A stretch of DNA of 64,000 bases from Mustelus asterias (taxonomy: Eukaryota): contig NW_027590128.1 in NCBI RefSeq assembly GCF_964213995.1, positions 434,001-498,000 on the forward strand, given 5' to 3'. The notes below the pieces were generated by a model, which saw only the letters and a list, made by a program, of their open reading frames with translations, was not told where the DNA came from and searched no databases. Positions 1-12,264 of the stretch are shown here, in pieces. Made by a program: the position numbers and the translations under genes. Every line of letters begins with the position of its first letter. Within the stretch, counting starts at the first letter, position 1.

Positions 1-52
1 GGGCTGGTGTTTGCCATTTACTATCCAGTCATTGCAGCTATCGGGGTTGCAG
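1..52 (+). CDS. GPR139/GPR142-like orphan GPCR, coding exon 1 (5' end outside window)
   Basis: Frame 1 reads GLVFAIYYPVIAAIGVA then G|GTACAG donor at 53; splices in phase 1 to the acceptor at 1783 to give ...IGVAANLAVLLIL (TM1). Confidence 0.85.
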
Positions 53-1783
53 GTACAGTATGGTAGTTAGTCTTTGTTCAGCTGCAACCTTTTTCAATTT
101 TATTAGTACCGCATCTCCAAGACACGGAATTCATTTCTATCATTTAAAGTGATGAATTTTCCTCTAAAATATATAGATTCTTCCCGTTAACTGATACATT
201 TTGTCCTCTTTTACAAGATCACTTTATTAATTTTAAGAGCTTTATTCTTCATTTGAATGATATAATATCTTAAATCAGTTACCACAATTTATCTGAATGA
301 ATGGTGAATATTGCCATTTGGAACAGTGTCATTTCACTCAAATAACAGCAAAAGGTATTCAAATTATAATGTCTCCCGTTCAACTGTGTTTAGCCTGCCT
401 CAAACGTGTGCCACACTTTTGTCCCCCCTCACCCGTCCCACCTTGCTATTTACCACTGCAAACTCAATTTAGAAATGTAGTTATATTTTTCTTAGCAATG
501 CTATTGTAGGTGGATTACTTCAAAGTTATTATATTGTACATGTAGTTCGATTACGACATTGACACACGAACTATTACGAATTTTCACTTGGATACCACAG
601 CATAAATCCACTTCTGCAGTATTATTGTTGCTGCTATTGGAAGTTATATTTATTGCCGTGCAAACGTGTAACTTTTGTGTGATCAGTATCATTGTTGTCC
701 TTGTATTATTACATTGCCACCTCTCTGTACATATGTTGTTGATATTGAGAGCAATGTATTGAGTCGTACAAATAATTGCTATCTGAATATAATGAAAAAT
801 TTTATTGACAGACCTTAGGTGTCAATGGGTTTTTGACAGTATAGGAGGATTGCATTAACGGCTCTTTGGTGAGTAATTGGTACACACCCATAAAAACAAA
901 GCATACTGTTTTTGTCTCCAGTCTCGACCCTCGACTCTCATTACACAAGTCACCATTTCACTCCATTCTTTTCTGATTGCTTTGACGATGTTGCCTGAGG
1001 TACGGTAACTGGCGGCATATTTTGCATGGAATATAAGTGATTTTGGAAGTGCCTGCCTCTCTCTGAAATTTCAGAAGACACATTGAAGGGACCCAGTACT
1101 GCTTGCGAGATTAGATTTTGATTTTTACCTTCAAATACCCACTTCAGGTCAGATTTGTTCATTAACCCCTGAAATGAGAGTAAGACTCTCTCTAATTGCG
1201 TCCTTTACATCTGCCAGTTCCAGGATTGCATTATACACCAGCAATTAAAGCTAGTTTTCAGGTTAGAAGCTCCTTTCAACATTTCCTCTGTAAATTCAGA
1301 GAAACGCCAATTGGTTCCCACTGTTTTGATTGAAGATTTATATTTTGGTTTAATGCAGGCATTTCCAACAGTGAATAGTTTAAGAATAATTCGCCAGATG
1401 CGGCAACTTTTGAAAATGAGCGAGATGGAAACTTTCCAGTTGAATCTGGCAATTAATGTTTTTTTATAATTTCATATCCAACGTGTCCTGTAATAAGTTG
1501 CTGACTTTTCCTGAAGTTGCACTTGCGGTTTTTCAATATTTTCTTATCTTTCATTGTATTGTATTGCATTATTATGCAATTCCATGTCACTGACTCAGCT
1601 TATTTATAATTCGTGTGATTCGTGCCTGGGAACCCGAACAAGGGACAGTTTGAAAAGCAGAATCAAGTCGCAAAAGTTTCAATTTTTTGCATAATCTTGT
1701 ATCATTTCGATGGGAGTTGAGAAAGTAACATATTGTCTCTCGTGCTGTCACCCATCTGTTCCCTTTCCTCCTCTATTTTACAG

Positions 1784-2694
1784 CGAACTTGGCAGTCCTT
1801 TTAATCCTATACAGAAGAAGCTGTGGTCTCTCCAGATGTATAATTTACTATGTGGTGTCGATGGCGGTGACGGATCTCTTGGTCATTATGACCAGCGTGA
1901 TATTAAACCGGATCGCTGGGATTTATTTCCCCGGCAGTTTCCTGTCAATCACACCAATATGCAGTCTGCATGTTGTGATCATCTACGCAACCATTGACAG
2001 TTCTGCCTGGTTAACGGTTGCTTTCACCTTTGATCGATTTGTGGCCATTTGCTGTCAGAGGCTGAAAATCAAATACTGCACGGAGAAGACAGCGGCGTGG
2101 GTAATAGGGACCGTCTGCGCATTGAGCTCTCTAAAAACATCCTTTCTATATTTTATATTTGAACCTTTGCATATAGTTAATAACATACCTTGGTTCTGCA
2201 TTGTAAAACAATTTTTTTATACATCCTCGATATGGAACGCCTATGATTTGTTTCGAACAATTTCAATGCCCTGTATCCCATTTATTCTGATTTTATTGTT
2301 CAATGCTCTGACCGTCAGACACATTCTCGTGGCTAATCGGGCCCGCAGGAGACTCCGGGCACAGAGTAATGGAGAAAAGCAGAGTGACCCAGAGGTGGAG
2401 AAGCGGAGAAAGTCCATTATTTTACTCTTTGCCATCTCGGGCAGTTTCATCCTCTTATATATGTTATTTTTTGTGACGATACTCTATGTCCGAATAGCAA
2501 AGGTTCCTTATTTTTCAGTTCCTGATATTAGTGAATGGTCATTTATCTTGGAGGAAAGCGGATATATGCTACAGTTTCTGAGTTCCTGCATCAACCCGTT
2601 TATTTATGCTGGGACCCAGAGGAATTTCAGAGCCGAGTTAAAGAATGGAGTAAATTATCCACTGAGATTATTTGTTAATTTGTTTAAGATTTGA
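1784..2694 (+). CDS. GPR139/GPR142-like class A orphan GPCR, main coding exon (TM1 end to stop)
   Basis: Polypyrimidine tract + CAG at 1781-1783; open frame with MAVTDLL (TM2), FTFDRFVAIC (DRY variant), CINPFIY (NPxxY), hydrophobic TM segments, TGA at 2692-2694. Confidence 0.9.
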
Positions 2695-2892
2695 AAACTG
2701 AGATAGTAAACGAAAGTTTCATTAAACTCCAACAATTCCTCTACTTCTCAGTGTTACACCTTTTAACTGTGTTCTTGCTTATAGACACGTACACAATATT
2801 CGAATACAAGAATTTATAAGGAAAACTGAATCACTGTAAAAAAAGATCGGTATTGCAATCTCGTGAATCCACGGGCTTTGTATGTCTCCAAC

Positions 2893-2965
2893 CTCAGTGG
2901 TGGTCCAGTGATCAAGATTCGAACCGTTTACCTCCACGGCCGCGGTTTGATTCATGGTCAGTTAA
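2893..2965 (+). pseudogene. degenerate tRNA-Glu-derived sequence
   Basis: GTGGTGGTCCAGTGATCAAGATTCG...CGGCCGCGGTTTGATTCATGGTCAG resembles vertebrate tRNA-Glu with many substitutions. Confidence 0.5.
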
Positions 2966-3049
2966 TATGGACCAAATCATTGTTCACCAATTATAATATT
3001 ATGACCCATAGGAAATGTATATCTCTTCTGAATAGTGGATTGAGAGTTG

Positions 3050-3825
3050 AACATATAGACAAGGAACAGGAGGAGCCCAATCAGACACTCGAACGTTCTC
3101 AGCCATTTTAATAACATCATGATTGATCTGTTAGTAACCTGCACTCCTCATAATCAAGATAACCTAACACCCCCTTGCTTAGCAAGAATCTATCCACCTC
3201 TGCCTTAAGAATATTAAAATACTCTTGTTTCTACCGCCTTTTCAGGTAGAGAGTTCCAAAGATTCACGAGCCTCTGAGTGAAAATATTTCGCCTCATCTC
3301 CGTTCTAAATGTGTGGCCCATAACTTTTAAGATGTGTACCCTAGTTCCTGTGTGTGCAACAAGTGGAAACATCCTCTCGACAACCACTCTGTCAGGACCC
3401 ATCGGGATCTTTTATATTTCAGTCAAGTCAACCCTCACTCTGCTAAATTCCAACAGATAGAGTTTACCCGATCTCACCTTTCCTCATAAAACAGCCCACC
3501 CATTCCTGGTAGTAGAATGATAAACTTTCTGTGAATACATTTACAGATTTTTAAAAAAGGTTGCTAATACCATACACTGTACAGCAAAATAGTCTCACTA
3601 GTGCCTTGCATAGCTGAAAAATTATCGTGGTACTTTTGTACTAAATAGCCCTCGCATCACGTGATAACAATCTATTAGTTTACCTCATTATTTGATGTAC
3701 CTGCCTAATAGCCTTTGGTGATTCATGCACTAGGACACTCACATTCCTCTGCTCCTCAGAGCTCTGGAATATCTCGTCATTTAGATAGTATGCTTCATTC
3801 TCACAAAATGGAAAATTTGACTTTC
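3050..3825 (-). mobile_element. CR1-type LINE 3' fragment
   Basis: ORF 3214..3402 (FRTEMRRNIFTQRLVNLWNSLP) is the CR1 ORF2 C-terminus. Confidence 0.8.
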
Positions 3826-5444
3826 TTTGTCATCTAAAGCTCAACAGAATTCTGCATCTGTGGGCCAGAATGCGAGGGAAAAAAAACTAACAAGACTGTA
3901 AGCATTTGTGGATAGATCATTGAAACTCATATTTCATGTTCATGAACTTTCACATTGATTCCAGGGCACTCAGAGACAAATGCTTGTAAAAGGGTCCTCA
4001 AAACTGCAAGAAATACTCTACCCAATGTTGCCAGCTCCACAGTTTTGAACAGGGGTTTGATGGATGTAAGGAAATAATGAATAACCTTTACAATGCCTAG
4101 TGGGAAGTGAACGTTCAAATGTGCAGTTACATTGCACTTCATAACTTGCTTTCTCGAAATACAATTCGGTGGAAAACCATAACCATGCGGCAGAGAAATT
4201 GATCCATCATTAGAATCATAAAGTGCCATTCCAGACTAGGGGGCTGCAATAAATCCAGGGGTACTCGATATGGCTCAAAGTAATAAGAGATTTATTGCCA
4301 ACAATATATAAGTATTTACAACATAAGCTCAAACAAAATCTATGATGTAGATATGATTCCGAAGGATCTTAACATACAATCACATCAAGTGAACAGTGAG
4401 GGAAATAATGCAACTCTCCTCCCAGTCTCATGGGGCAATGGGCTGTGAGCAAGTAAAGGGAGAGGTGTCTACGGAAAACAAAATGCAGAAAGAAACATTC
4501 TCCTGCTGCATCTTTCCAACCTTTTATTCCCTCTCAGAACCATTTTTACTTGAAACTACACAACAAACGTGAATAAGGTGTTTGATGCTAATAATGTGGT
4601 CATCCCTTGTGAAAAACAACTGTAATGAGACATTCCAGATCCTTGCCCACTCGCAGTGCAGCACAGAAATCTCTTTAAATTTGTTTGGTTTATTTTCTGT
4701 GGCCTCTCCCCTCCGACCGAAATGAATCAGTTTTTCCTTCCTTACATTAACTTCCAGCTGTGCACCCAGATGGATGTGTTAACGAGCTCGAAAGGAGAAT
4801 CGAAAGAAACTGGGAGTGAATGAGTGAGAATGAAAGAAGAGAGATGAGTTTTGTCGATCCCAGGGGAAAGAGCTCCAGGCTCAGTTCATTGTGACAGTTT
4901 ACGCAGCAACAAGGAAGCACCTTGATCCTTGCTGAGGGCCAAACTCTAATGGGTCAATGGTACACTTTTGCTGTGTTTTATTGAAGCAGGAGAAGGAGTG
5001 TCGAATAACTGCGTGTTTCAATAAAACACAACAAAAGTGTTCAGTTAATAACAGCATCAATGTATTGGACATGAACATGAAGTGAACCGTGAGGGAAAAT
5101 AGTGCCACAAGCTGCGGATGTACAACTTTCAATTTCCTACTTTAACAGAGAAAATGACGAGCTGAGGAGGATACTTGGAGAATGAAATACGGCAAAGTCC
5201 AAGTTGATCAGTTTGTCGTTCGGTATTTATTAGCAATTTATGAGAGAACATTTCAGGGAAAACTTTCATTTAAGTTTAACAATAAGTGGATAGAACAACT
5301 GAGAGTTTCATTGAGAACAAATACAATAACTGAGAGATTCACTGAGAACACAACACATGCAGTCTGAGCCACCAGCTGTCTTTAAAATTATAATGTACTG
5401 GAGAGAAAAATACGGCCTCAATATCAAAGAAGGAAACTTCTTTT

Positions 5445-5790
5445 ATGCATTCATGGGATATTGGGCGTCGCTGGCTGGCCAACATCCATTGCTCATCCCC
5501 AGCTGCCTGAGGGTGATTGAAAGTCAACCACATTGCTGTGGCCAGACCAGGTATCAATAGCAAATTTTATTTTCCAAAGGAGATGAGCGAACCAGAATGG
5601 TTTTTCCAACACTCCAGAACGCTTCGATCGTCATCAGTGGACTCTTAATTCCAAATTGAATTTAAATTCCACCGCCTGCCGTGGCGAGTTTCGAAACCGG
5701 GTTCCCAGAATATTTGCTGAGTTTCGAAACCAGGGTCACAGAACATCAGTTGCGCGATAATGGCGCTCGGCCATCGCCTTCATTCGCGCA
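5445..5790 (-). mobile_element. old DeuSINE/SacSINE-like SINE
   Basis: Similar to the plus-strand copy at 62960-63270 (GCTGGCCAACATCCATTGCTCATCCC...CAACCACATTGCTGTG). Confidence 0.55.
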
Positions 5791-6418
5791 TAAGGAGTGA
5801 GAATCCCTTTCTTATTACACATTAACTGGAATTGAAGTGAAAATCCAGACGATATCAACTGTACAATCATAACGACCTCGCAGATTTAAAAATAGATTCA
5901 ATGCATAATTCCTGTCAGCGACAGATTAAGAATGCTAACAGCAGCTCGGAGGTACAGTATTTGAATATTCCTGAAAAGACAGATGTGATTCCGACGGATA
6001 CTGACATGCAAAATGAAAATAAAGAACTTCAACAGGATCCCTATCTCTTCAACAGCCTGCTGGCATCATGAACTCAAAACATCTTATTTTCAGTGCCATC
6101 AAGATGATATATTTATTTTTGTAATCGAGATGTTCCCATAAACACGGAAGAAGATCATGGGCGCCCGAAGTTTAACAGATCACTCGAACTGTACGAGAAA
6201 AAAAATGAAGCAGATATTTTGTGATCTGTCGCAACTATCTCAGATATTTTTAAATGAATCTTGTGGATTTTTTTGTCAAATCGATGTGGAAGAATGAAGA
6301 GTGAGTAGATTGAATCTTCTCACCTTCACCAGAGTGACTGCAGTGCTGTAGAAAATGCTGAAGATAAACAGTGCGATGAATGTGGAAGCCGTTGTCCAAA
6401 TGTTGCCATTATCATGGC

Positions 6419-6611
6419 CAAAGATGTGCGGGTTAGGTTGATTGGCCAGACTAAAAAAATTGCCTCTTAGTGTCCTGAGATGCGTAGATTAGAGGGATTA
6501 GCGGGTAAAATATGTAGGGAAACGGGGGTAGGGACTGGCTGGGATTATGGTTGGTGCAGACTCGATGGGCCGAATGGCCTCTTCCTGTACTGTAGGGTTT
6601 CTATGATTCTA
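6419..6611 (+). mobile_element. shark tRNA-derived SINE, 3' half with CR1-like tail
   Basis: GTTAGGTTGATTGGCCA...GACTCGATGGGCCGAATGGCCT...CTATGATTCTA motifs shared with other copies in the window. Confidence 0.7.
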
Positions 6612-8466
6612 GATCATCTCCAGAGTCGGCAATCCATATCTGGTCTGCGAAATCTACAGAAATGTGGATGTGCAAATTATTTCGGTCGTTTGTAATCTTA
6701 CTGTTATTTCCCTTCTCTCTTATTTTCGTTAAGTAATTATTTTGTTGTATAATTGAACTTTCATACTATCCCTACTTTTGTGTTAATCTGTCTCAGCAAT
6801 CTATCCCTGCTACCTGATACGACAGCAATTTTTCCTTTCTTACATTCTGTAACGATCCTGGACCAGAACACGAAAGTTTTGGCACTATTTGTTGCCAAAC
6901 CTTTCCTCATCTCTACCTGAAATTTGTGAACGAGCATTTCAAATCAGTGACATCCTCATTCTTGATTCTCTCACAAGAAGAGACATTCTTTCCAAACCTG
7001 CTATGTGAAGATGTCTAAGCATTATAAATGCTTTCATCAACTCGCATCATACGCTTTTAATCTCCAGTATATACAAGGGCAGTGTTTTTAAATTTTCCTC
7101 ATTAGACAACCTCCTGGTATTGTCTGGTGAACCTTTTATGAACTGCTTCCGAAGCATTTATACCTATCCTTTCATAAGGAAATCAATACTTCAGAATACA
7201 CCAGACATGGTTTTACCAATGACCTGTATAATTGAAGCATCCCATAGAAGCATGGAATTAAATAACTATTCAGTGCAGAAGAGGCTCTTTGCTGATCGGG
7301 TTTTTCGCACAAGAAATGCCTGACCTCCCACGGAATCCCATTTACCTGAACTTGACCATGTTCTTGAACGTATGACATGCCAAGTGTTCATCCCGGTACT
7401 TTCTAAAGGATATGAGGCAAGCCGCCTCTTCTACCCTCCCTGGCAGCAATTCCCGACAGGCACCACGCCCTTCGTAACTTTTTTCTCCTCATTTCCCCCC
7501 TAAGTTGTCTGCCCCTCACCTTGAAACTCTGTCCCCTCGTAACTGATCCTTCAGTCAAGGGGAACGGCTGCTTTTTATCTACTCTGTCCATTCGGCTCAT
7601 AACCTTGTACGCCTCGACCAGGTCCCCCATCTGTTTTCTCTGCTCCAAAGAAAACCACCGAAGTCTATCCAACCTCTCTTCATAACTTAAATTTTCCATC
7701 CCAGGCAGTATCCTGGTAAATCTCCTCTCCACCCCTCCAATGCAATCACATTCCTCTGATAATGTGGTGCCCACAACTGCTCACAGTATTCTATTTGTGG
7801 CCTCAGCAAAGTTTTATGCAACTCCAATATTATTTCCCAGCTTTTGTAATCTATGCCTCGATTCATAATGGCAATTATCACATATGCCTTTTTCACCACA
7901 TTACTAGCATGCCCTGCCGGCTTCAGAGCTCTGTGGACAAACGCACTAGGACTTCTACAGAACTTACTAGTGTCATTCTATTCATTGAATCCGTCCTTGT
8001 CAAGTTGCTCCTTCCAAAGTGTATAACCGCACACTTTCCATGATTGAATTCCATCTGTTACTTATCGCCCACTTGTACTTCCCATCTATATCTTCTTGTA
8101 GCCCAAGGTATTCAGCCTCACTGTTAGCCACCCAGCCTATCTTTGTGTCATCCGCAAATCTACTAATCCTACTCCTCTCATAGGAAAAAAATCTATGTTG
8201 TTTACATACATGACGAATGTTAGGGAACCCAACACATATCCCTGTCGTGCGCAACTGGACACTGGCATTCTAATCATTTAAGCGTATCCTCCCAACCTCT
8301 CAATGAATTCTTCTTCACAATAAATGATAACATTACATCATGGTTTCGAAATGCTTCCATACTTACACACTAAATGTTTGAGATTCATCAGTAAGGCACC
8401 CATATCCTCTGAATCAGTGAGCTCTGATATTAGTCACCATTTCGATAACATGCTTCCTTTTAATTC

Positions 8467-8858
8467 AGTAAGAAGTTTAACAACACCAGGTTAAAGTCCA
8501 ACAGGTTTATTTGGTAGCAAAAGCCACACAAGCTTTCGAGGCTCTGAGCCCCTTCTTCAGGTGAGTGGGAATTCTGTTCACAAACAGAACTTATAAAGAC
8601 ACAGACTCAATTTACATGAATAATGGTTGGAATGCGAATACTTACTTAAGTATTCGCATTCCAACCATTATTCATGTAAATTGAGTCTGTGTCTTTATAA
8701 GTTCTGTTTGTGAACAGAATTCCCACTCACCTGAAGAAGGGGCTCAGAGCCTCGAAAGCTTGTGTGGCTTTTGCTACCAAATAAACCTGTTGGACTTTAA
8801 CCTGGTGTTGTTAAACTTCTTACTGTGTTTACCCCAGTCCAACGCCGGCATCTCCACA
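8467..8858. mobile_element. Penelope-like element remnant: two pseudo-LTRs in inverted orientation with target-site duplication
   Basis: Inverted arms 8466-8644 / 8647-8825; TCCTTTTAATTC repeated at 8455-8466 and 8859-8870; same family at 58221-58531. Confidence 0.8.
8723..8767 (+). ncRNA. minimal hammerhead ribozyme motif of the Penelope pLTR (mirror copy on - strand at 8524-8568)
   Basis: CCACTCAC-CTGAAGA-A-GGGGCT/CAG/AGCCTC-GAAA-GCTT-GTGTGG: CUGANGA and GAAA cores, stem II and short palindromic stem III. Confidence 0.6.
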
Positions 8859-9508
8859 TCCTTTTAATTCTGCAGAAGTTGACAATTTCATGACTGCCGA
8901 CAGAATACCAAATTTTCCAGATTGTTGCCCAGAAACCTAACCCACCTAGCCCATTTTTAACCCCCTTATACCCTTTTCACAACTTAAATTCCTCCCTATC
9001 ATTGTGCCATAAATAATGCTAGCAATACTTCCTTCTGTTCCTTCACTCAGGTCATTTATATAAACAACAAGGATTTGAGGATCCTTGTGGCATTCCACGC
9101 CACACCTTGCTAAACAAAAGTAACCCATTTATGCCTTTTCTTCGTTTTCTGTTAATTGACAATCTTCGATCGACGCCAATATCTTACTCCACACACTACA
9201 AGGTTTTGATTTGATACCTTGTGAAATACTTTCTGGAAATCAAAGTACAGCAGATCCACCAGTCCTCCTTTATCGATGTGCAACTTCAACACTGAGTTCC
9301 AATAACTTGACCAAACATGATTTCCATGAATCAATGTTCACACTGTGCGGTTACCTGGAATGTTTCTAGGTGCCCTACTATAACTTTTCAACAATATTCC
9401 TTCTGACAGAAGTTACGATCACTTGCGTTCATTCTGTGACCTCCCGTTTTGAGCCTTGCAACCCACCTTCTCTTGGCTAACAGCAACACATTAGCTGCCT
9501 AGAGCTCA

Positions 9509-12178
9509 TTGTTAAACATCCAGGGATTCACAACCTATCGAAAAGACAGAGGGGTGGGTAGAGGGGGCGGGGTTGCCTTGTTAATTAGAAATGAAATTAA
9601 ATCAATAGCACTAAACGACATAGGGTCAGACGATGTGGAGTCTGTGTGGGTAGAGTTGAGGAACCACAAAGGCAAAAAAACCATAATGGGAGTTATGTAC
9701 AGGCCTCCTGACAGTGGTCAGGACCAGGGGCACAAAATGCACCACGAAATAGAAAGGGCATGTCAGAAAGGCAAGGTCACAGTGATCATGGGGGATTTCA
9801 ATATGCAGGTGGACTGGGTAAATAATGTTGCCAGTGGACCCAAAGAAAGGGAATTCATTGAATGTTTACAGGATGGCTTTTTGGAACAGCTTGTGATGGA
9901 GCCCACGAGGGAACAGGCTATTCTGGACTTAGTGTTATGTAATGAGCCAGACGTGATAAAAGATCTTAAAGTAAGGGAACACTTAGGAAGCAGTGATCAT
10001 AATATGGTAGAATTCAGTCTGCAATTTGAAAGAAGGAAGGCAGAATCAGATGTGAAGGTTCTACAGTTAAATAAAGGTAATTACAGGCGCATGAGGGAGG
10101 AACTGACAAAAATCGACTGGAAGCAGAGCCTAATGGGAAAGACAGTAGAACAGCAATGGCAGGAGTTTCTGGGAGTAATTGAGGACACAGTGCAGAGGTT
10201 CATCCCAAACAAAAGAAAGGTTATCAGAGGGGGGATTAGGCAGCCATGGCTGACAAAGGAAGTCAGGGAATGCATCAAGGCAAAAGAGAGAACCTATAAT
10301 GTGGCAAAGAGTAGTGGGAAGTCAGAAGATTGGGAAGGCTATAAAAACAAACAGAGGATAACAAAGAGAGAAATAAGGAAGGAGAAGATCAAATATGAAG
10401 GTAGGCTAGCCAGTAACATTAGGATTGATAGTAAAAGTTTATTTAAATACATTAAAAACAAACGGGAGGCAAAAGTAGACATTGGGCCGCTCCAAAATGA
10501 CGCTGGTAATCTAGTGATGGGAGACAAGGAAATAGCTGAGGAACTTAATAAGTACTTTGCGTCAGTCTTCACAGTAGAAGACATGAGTAATATCCCAACA
10601 ATTCAGGAAAGTCAGGGGGCAGAGTTGAATATGGTTGCCATCACAAAGGAGAAAGTGCTAGAGAAACTAAAAGGTCTGAAAATTGATAAATCTCCGGGCC
10701 CAGATGGGCTACATCCTAGAGTTCTAAAGGAGATAGCTGAAGAAATAGTGGAGGCGTTAGTTATGATCTTTCAAAAGTCACTGGAGTCAGGGAAAGTCCC
10801 AGAGGATTGGAAAATCGCTGTTGTAACCCCACTGTTCAAGAAGGGAACAAGAAAAAAGATGGAAAATTATAGGCCAATTAGCCTAACCTCAGTTGTTGGC
10901 AAAATTCTAGAATCCATCGTTAAGGATGAGATTTCTAAATTCTTGGAAGTGCAGGGTCGGATTAAGACAAGTCAGCATGGATTTAGTAAGGGGAGGTCGT
11001 GCCTGACAAACCTGTTAGAGTTCTTTGAAGAGATAACAAATAGGTTAGACCAAGGAGAGCCAATGGATGTTATCTATCTTGACTTCCAAAAGGCCTTTGA
11101 CAAGGTGCCTCACGGGAGACTGCTGAGTAAAATAAGGGCCCATGGTATTCGAGGCAAGGTACTAACATGGATTGACGATTGGCTGTCAGACAGAAGGCAG
11201 AGAGTTGGGATAAAAGGTTCTTTCTCAGAATGGCAACCGGTGACAAGTGGTGTCCCGCAGGGTTCAGTGTTGGGGCCACAGCTGTTCTCTTTATATATTA
11301 ACGATCTAGATGACGGGACTGGGAGCATTCTGGCCAAGTTTGCCGATGATACAAAGATAGGTGGAGGGGCAGGTAGTATTGAGGAGGTGGGGAGGCTGCA
11401 GAAAGATTTAGACAGTTTAGGAGAGTGGTCCAAGAAGTGGCTGATGAAATTCAACGTGGGCAAGTGCGAGGTCGTACACTTTGGAAAAAAGAATAGGGGC
11501 ATGGACTATTTTCTAAACGGTGACAAAATTCATAATGCTAAAGTGCAAAGGGACTTGGGAGTCCTAGTCCAGGATTCTCTAAAGGTAAACTTGCAGGTTG
11601 AGTCCGTAATTAAGAAAGCAAATGTAATGTTGTCATTTATCTCAAGAGGCTTGGAATACAAAAGCAGGGATGTACTTCTGAGGCTTTATAAAGCACTGGT
11701 TAGGCCCCATTTGGAGTACTGTGAGCAATTTTGGGCCCCACACCTCAGGAAGGACATACTGGCACTGGAGCGGGTCCAGCGGAGATTCACACGGATGATC
11801 CCAGGAATGGTAGGCCTGACATACGATGAACGTCTGAGGATCGTGGGATTATATTCATTGGAGTTTAGGAGGTTGAGGGGAGATCTGATAGAAACTTACA
11901 AGATAATGAACGGCTTAGATAGGATGGACGTAGGGAAGTTGTTTCCATTAACAGGGGAGACTAGGACGCGGGGGCACAGCCTTAGAATAAAAGGGAGTCA
12001 CTTTAGAACAGAGATGAGGAGAAATTTCTTCAGCCAGAGAGTGGTGGGTCTGTGGAATTCATTGCCACAGAGGGCTGTGGAGGCCGAGACGTTGAGCGTC
12101 TTCAAGACAGAAATTGATAAATTCTTGATTTCTCGAGGAATTAAGGGCTATGGGGAGAGAGCGGGTAAATGGAGTTGA
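9509..12178 (+). CDS. CR1 LINE ORF2 (APE endonuclease, N-terminally truncated, + reverse transcriptase), uninterrupted 889 codons
   Basis: MGDFN and SDH endonuclease motifs; YLDFQKAFDKV, VPQGSVLGP, FADD RT motifs; no true ATG start. Confidence 0.95.
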   Translation: MLNIQGFTTYRKDRGVGRGGGVALLIRNEIKSIALNDIGSDDVESVWVELRNHKGKKTIMGVMYRPPDSGQDQGHKMHHEIERACQKGKVTVIMGDFNMQVDWVNNVASGPKEREFIECLQDGFLEQLVMEPTREQAILDLVLCNEPDVIKDLKVREHLGSSDHNMVEFSLQFERRKAESDVKVLQLNKGNYRRMREELTKIDWKQSLMGKTVEQQWQEFLGVIEDTVQRFIPNKRKVIRGGIRQPWLTKEVRECIKAKERTYNVAKSSGKSEDWEGYKNKQRITKREIRKEKIKYEGRLASNIRIDSKSLFKYIKNKREAKVDIGPLQNDAGNLVMGDKEIAEELNKYFASVFTVEDMSNIPTIQESQGAELNMVAITKEKVLEKLKGLKIDKSPGPDGLHPRVLKEIAEEIVEALVMIFQKSLESGKVPEDWKIAVVTPLFKKGTRKKMENYRPISLTSVVGKILESIVKDEISKFLEVQGRIKTSQHGFSKGRSCLTNLLEFFEEITNRLDQGEPMDVIYLDFQKAFDKVPHGRLLSKIRAHGIRGKVLTWIDDWLSDRRQRVGIKGSFSEWQPVTSGVPQGSVLGPQLFSLYINDLDDGTGSILAKFADDTKIGGGAGSIEEVGRLQKDLDSLGEWSKKWLMKFNVGKCEVVHFGKKNRGMDYFLNGDKIHNAKVQRDLGVLVQDSLKVNLQVESVIKKANVMLSFISRGLEYKSRDVLLRLYKALVRPHLEYCEQFWAPHLRKDILALERVQRRFTRMIPGMVGLTYDERLRIVGLYSLEFRRLRGDLIETYKIMNGLDRMDVGKLFPLTGETRTRGHSLRIKGSHFRTEMRRNFFSQRVVGLWNSLPQRAVEAETLSVFKTEIDKFLISRGIKGYGERAGKWS

Positions 12179-12264
12179 AATCAACCATGATTGAATGGTG
12201 GAGTGGACTCGATGGGCCGAATGGCCTTACTTCCGCTCCTATGTCTTATGGTCTTATGGTCTTA
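9509..12264 (+). mobile_element. young 5'-truncated CR1 LINE with (TATGGTCT)n-type 3' tail
   Basis: ORF2 plus short 3'UTR ending CTATGTCTTATGGTCTTATGGTCTTATT. Confidence 0.92.

Larger units (their letters stand above)
6890..9430 (-). mobile_element. nested, frameshifted CR1 LINE fragments (interrupted by a Penelope insertion)
   Basis: ORFs 7403..7774, 7687..7899, 8000..8254 (FADDTKI) and 9152..9334 (YFDFQKVFHKV) are RT/C-terminal pieces. Confidence 0.8.

Noticed and set aside
9509-12178. Novel or domesticated reverse-transcriptase system
   Set aside because: It has an ordinary CR1 ORF2 organisation, 5' truncation and CR1 3' tail, with many related fragments in the window.
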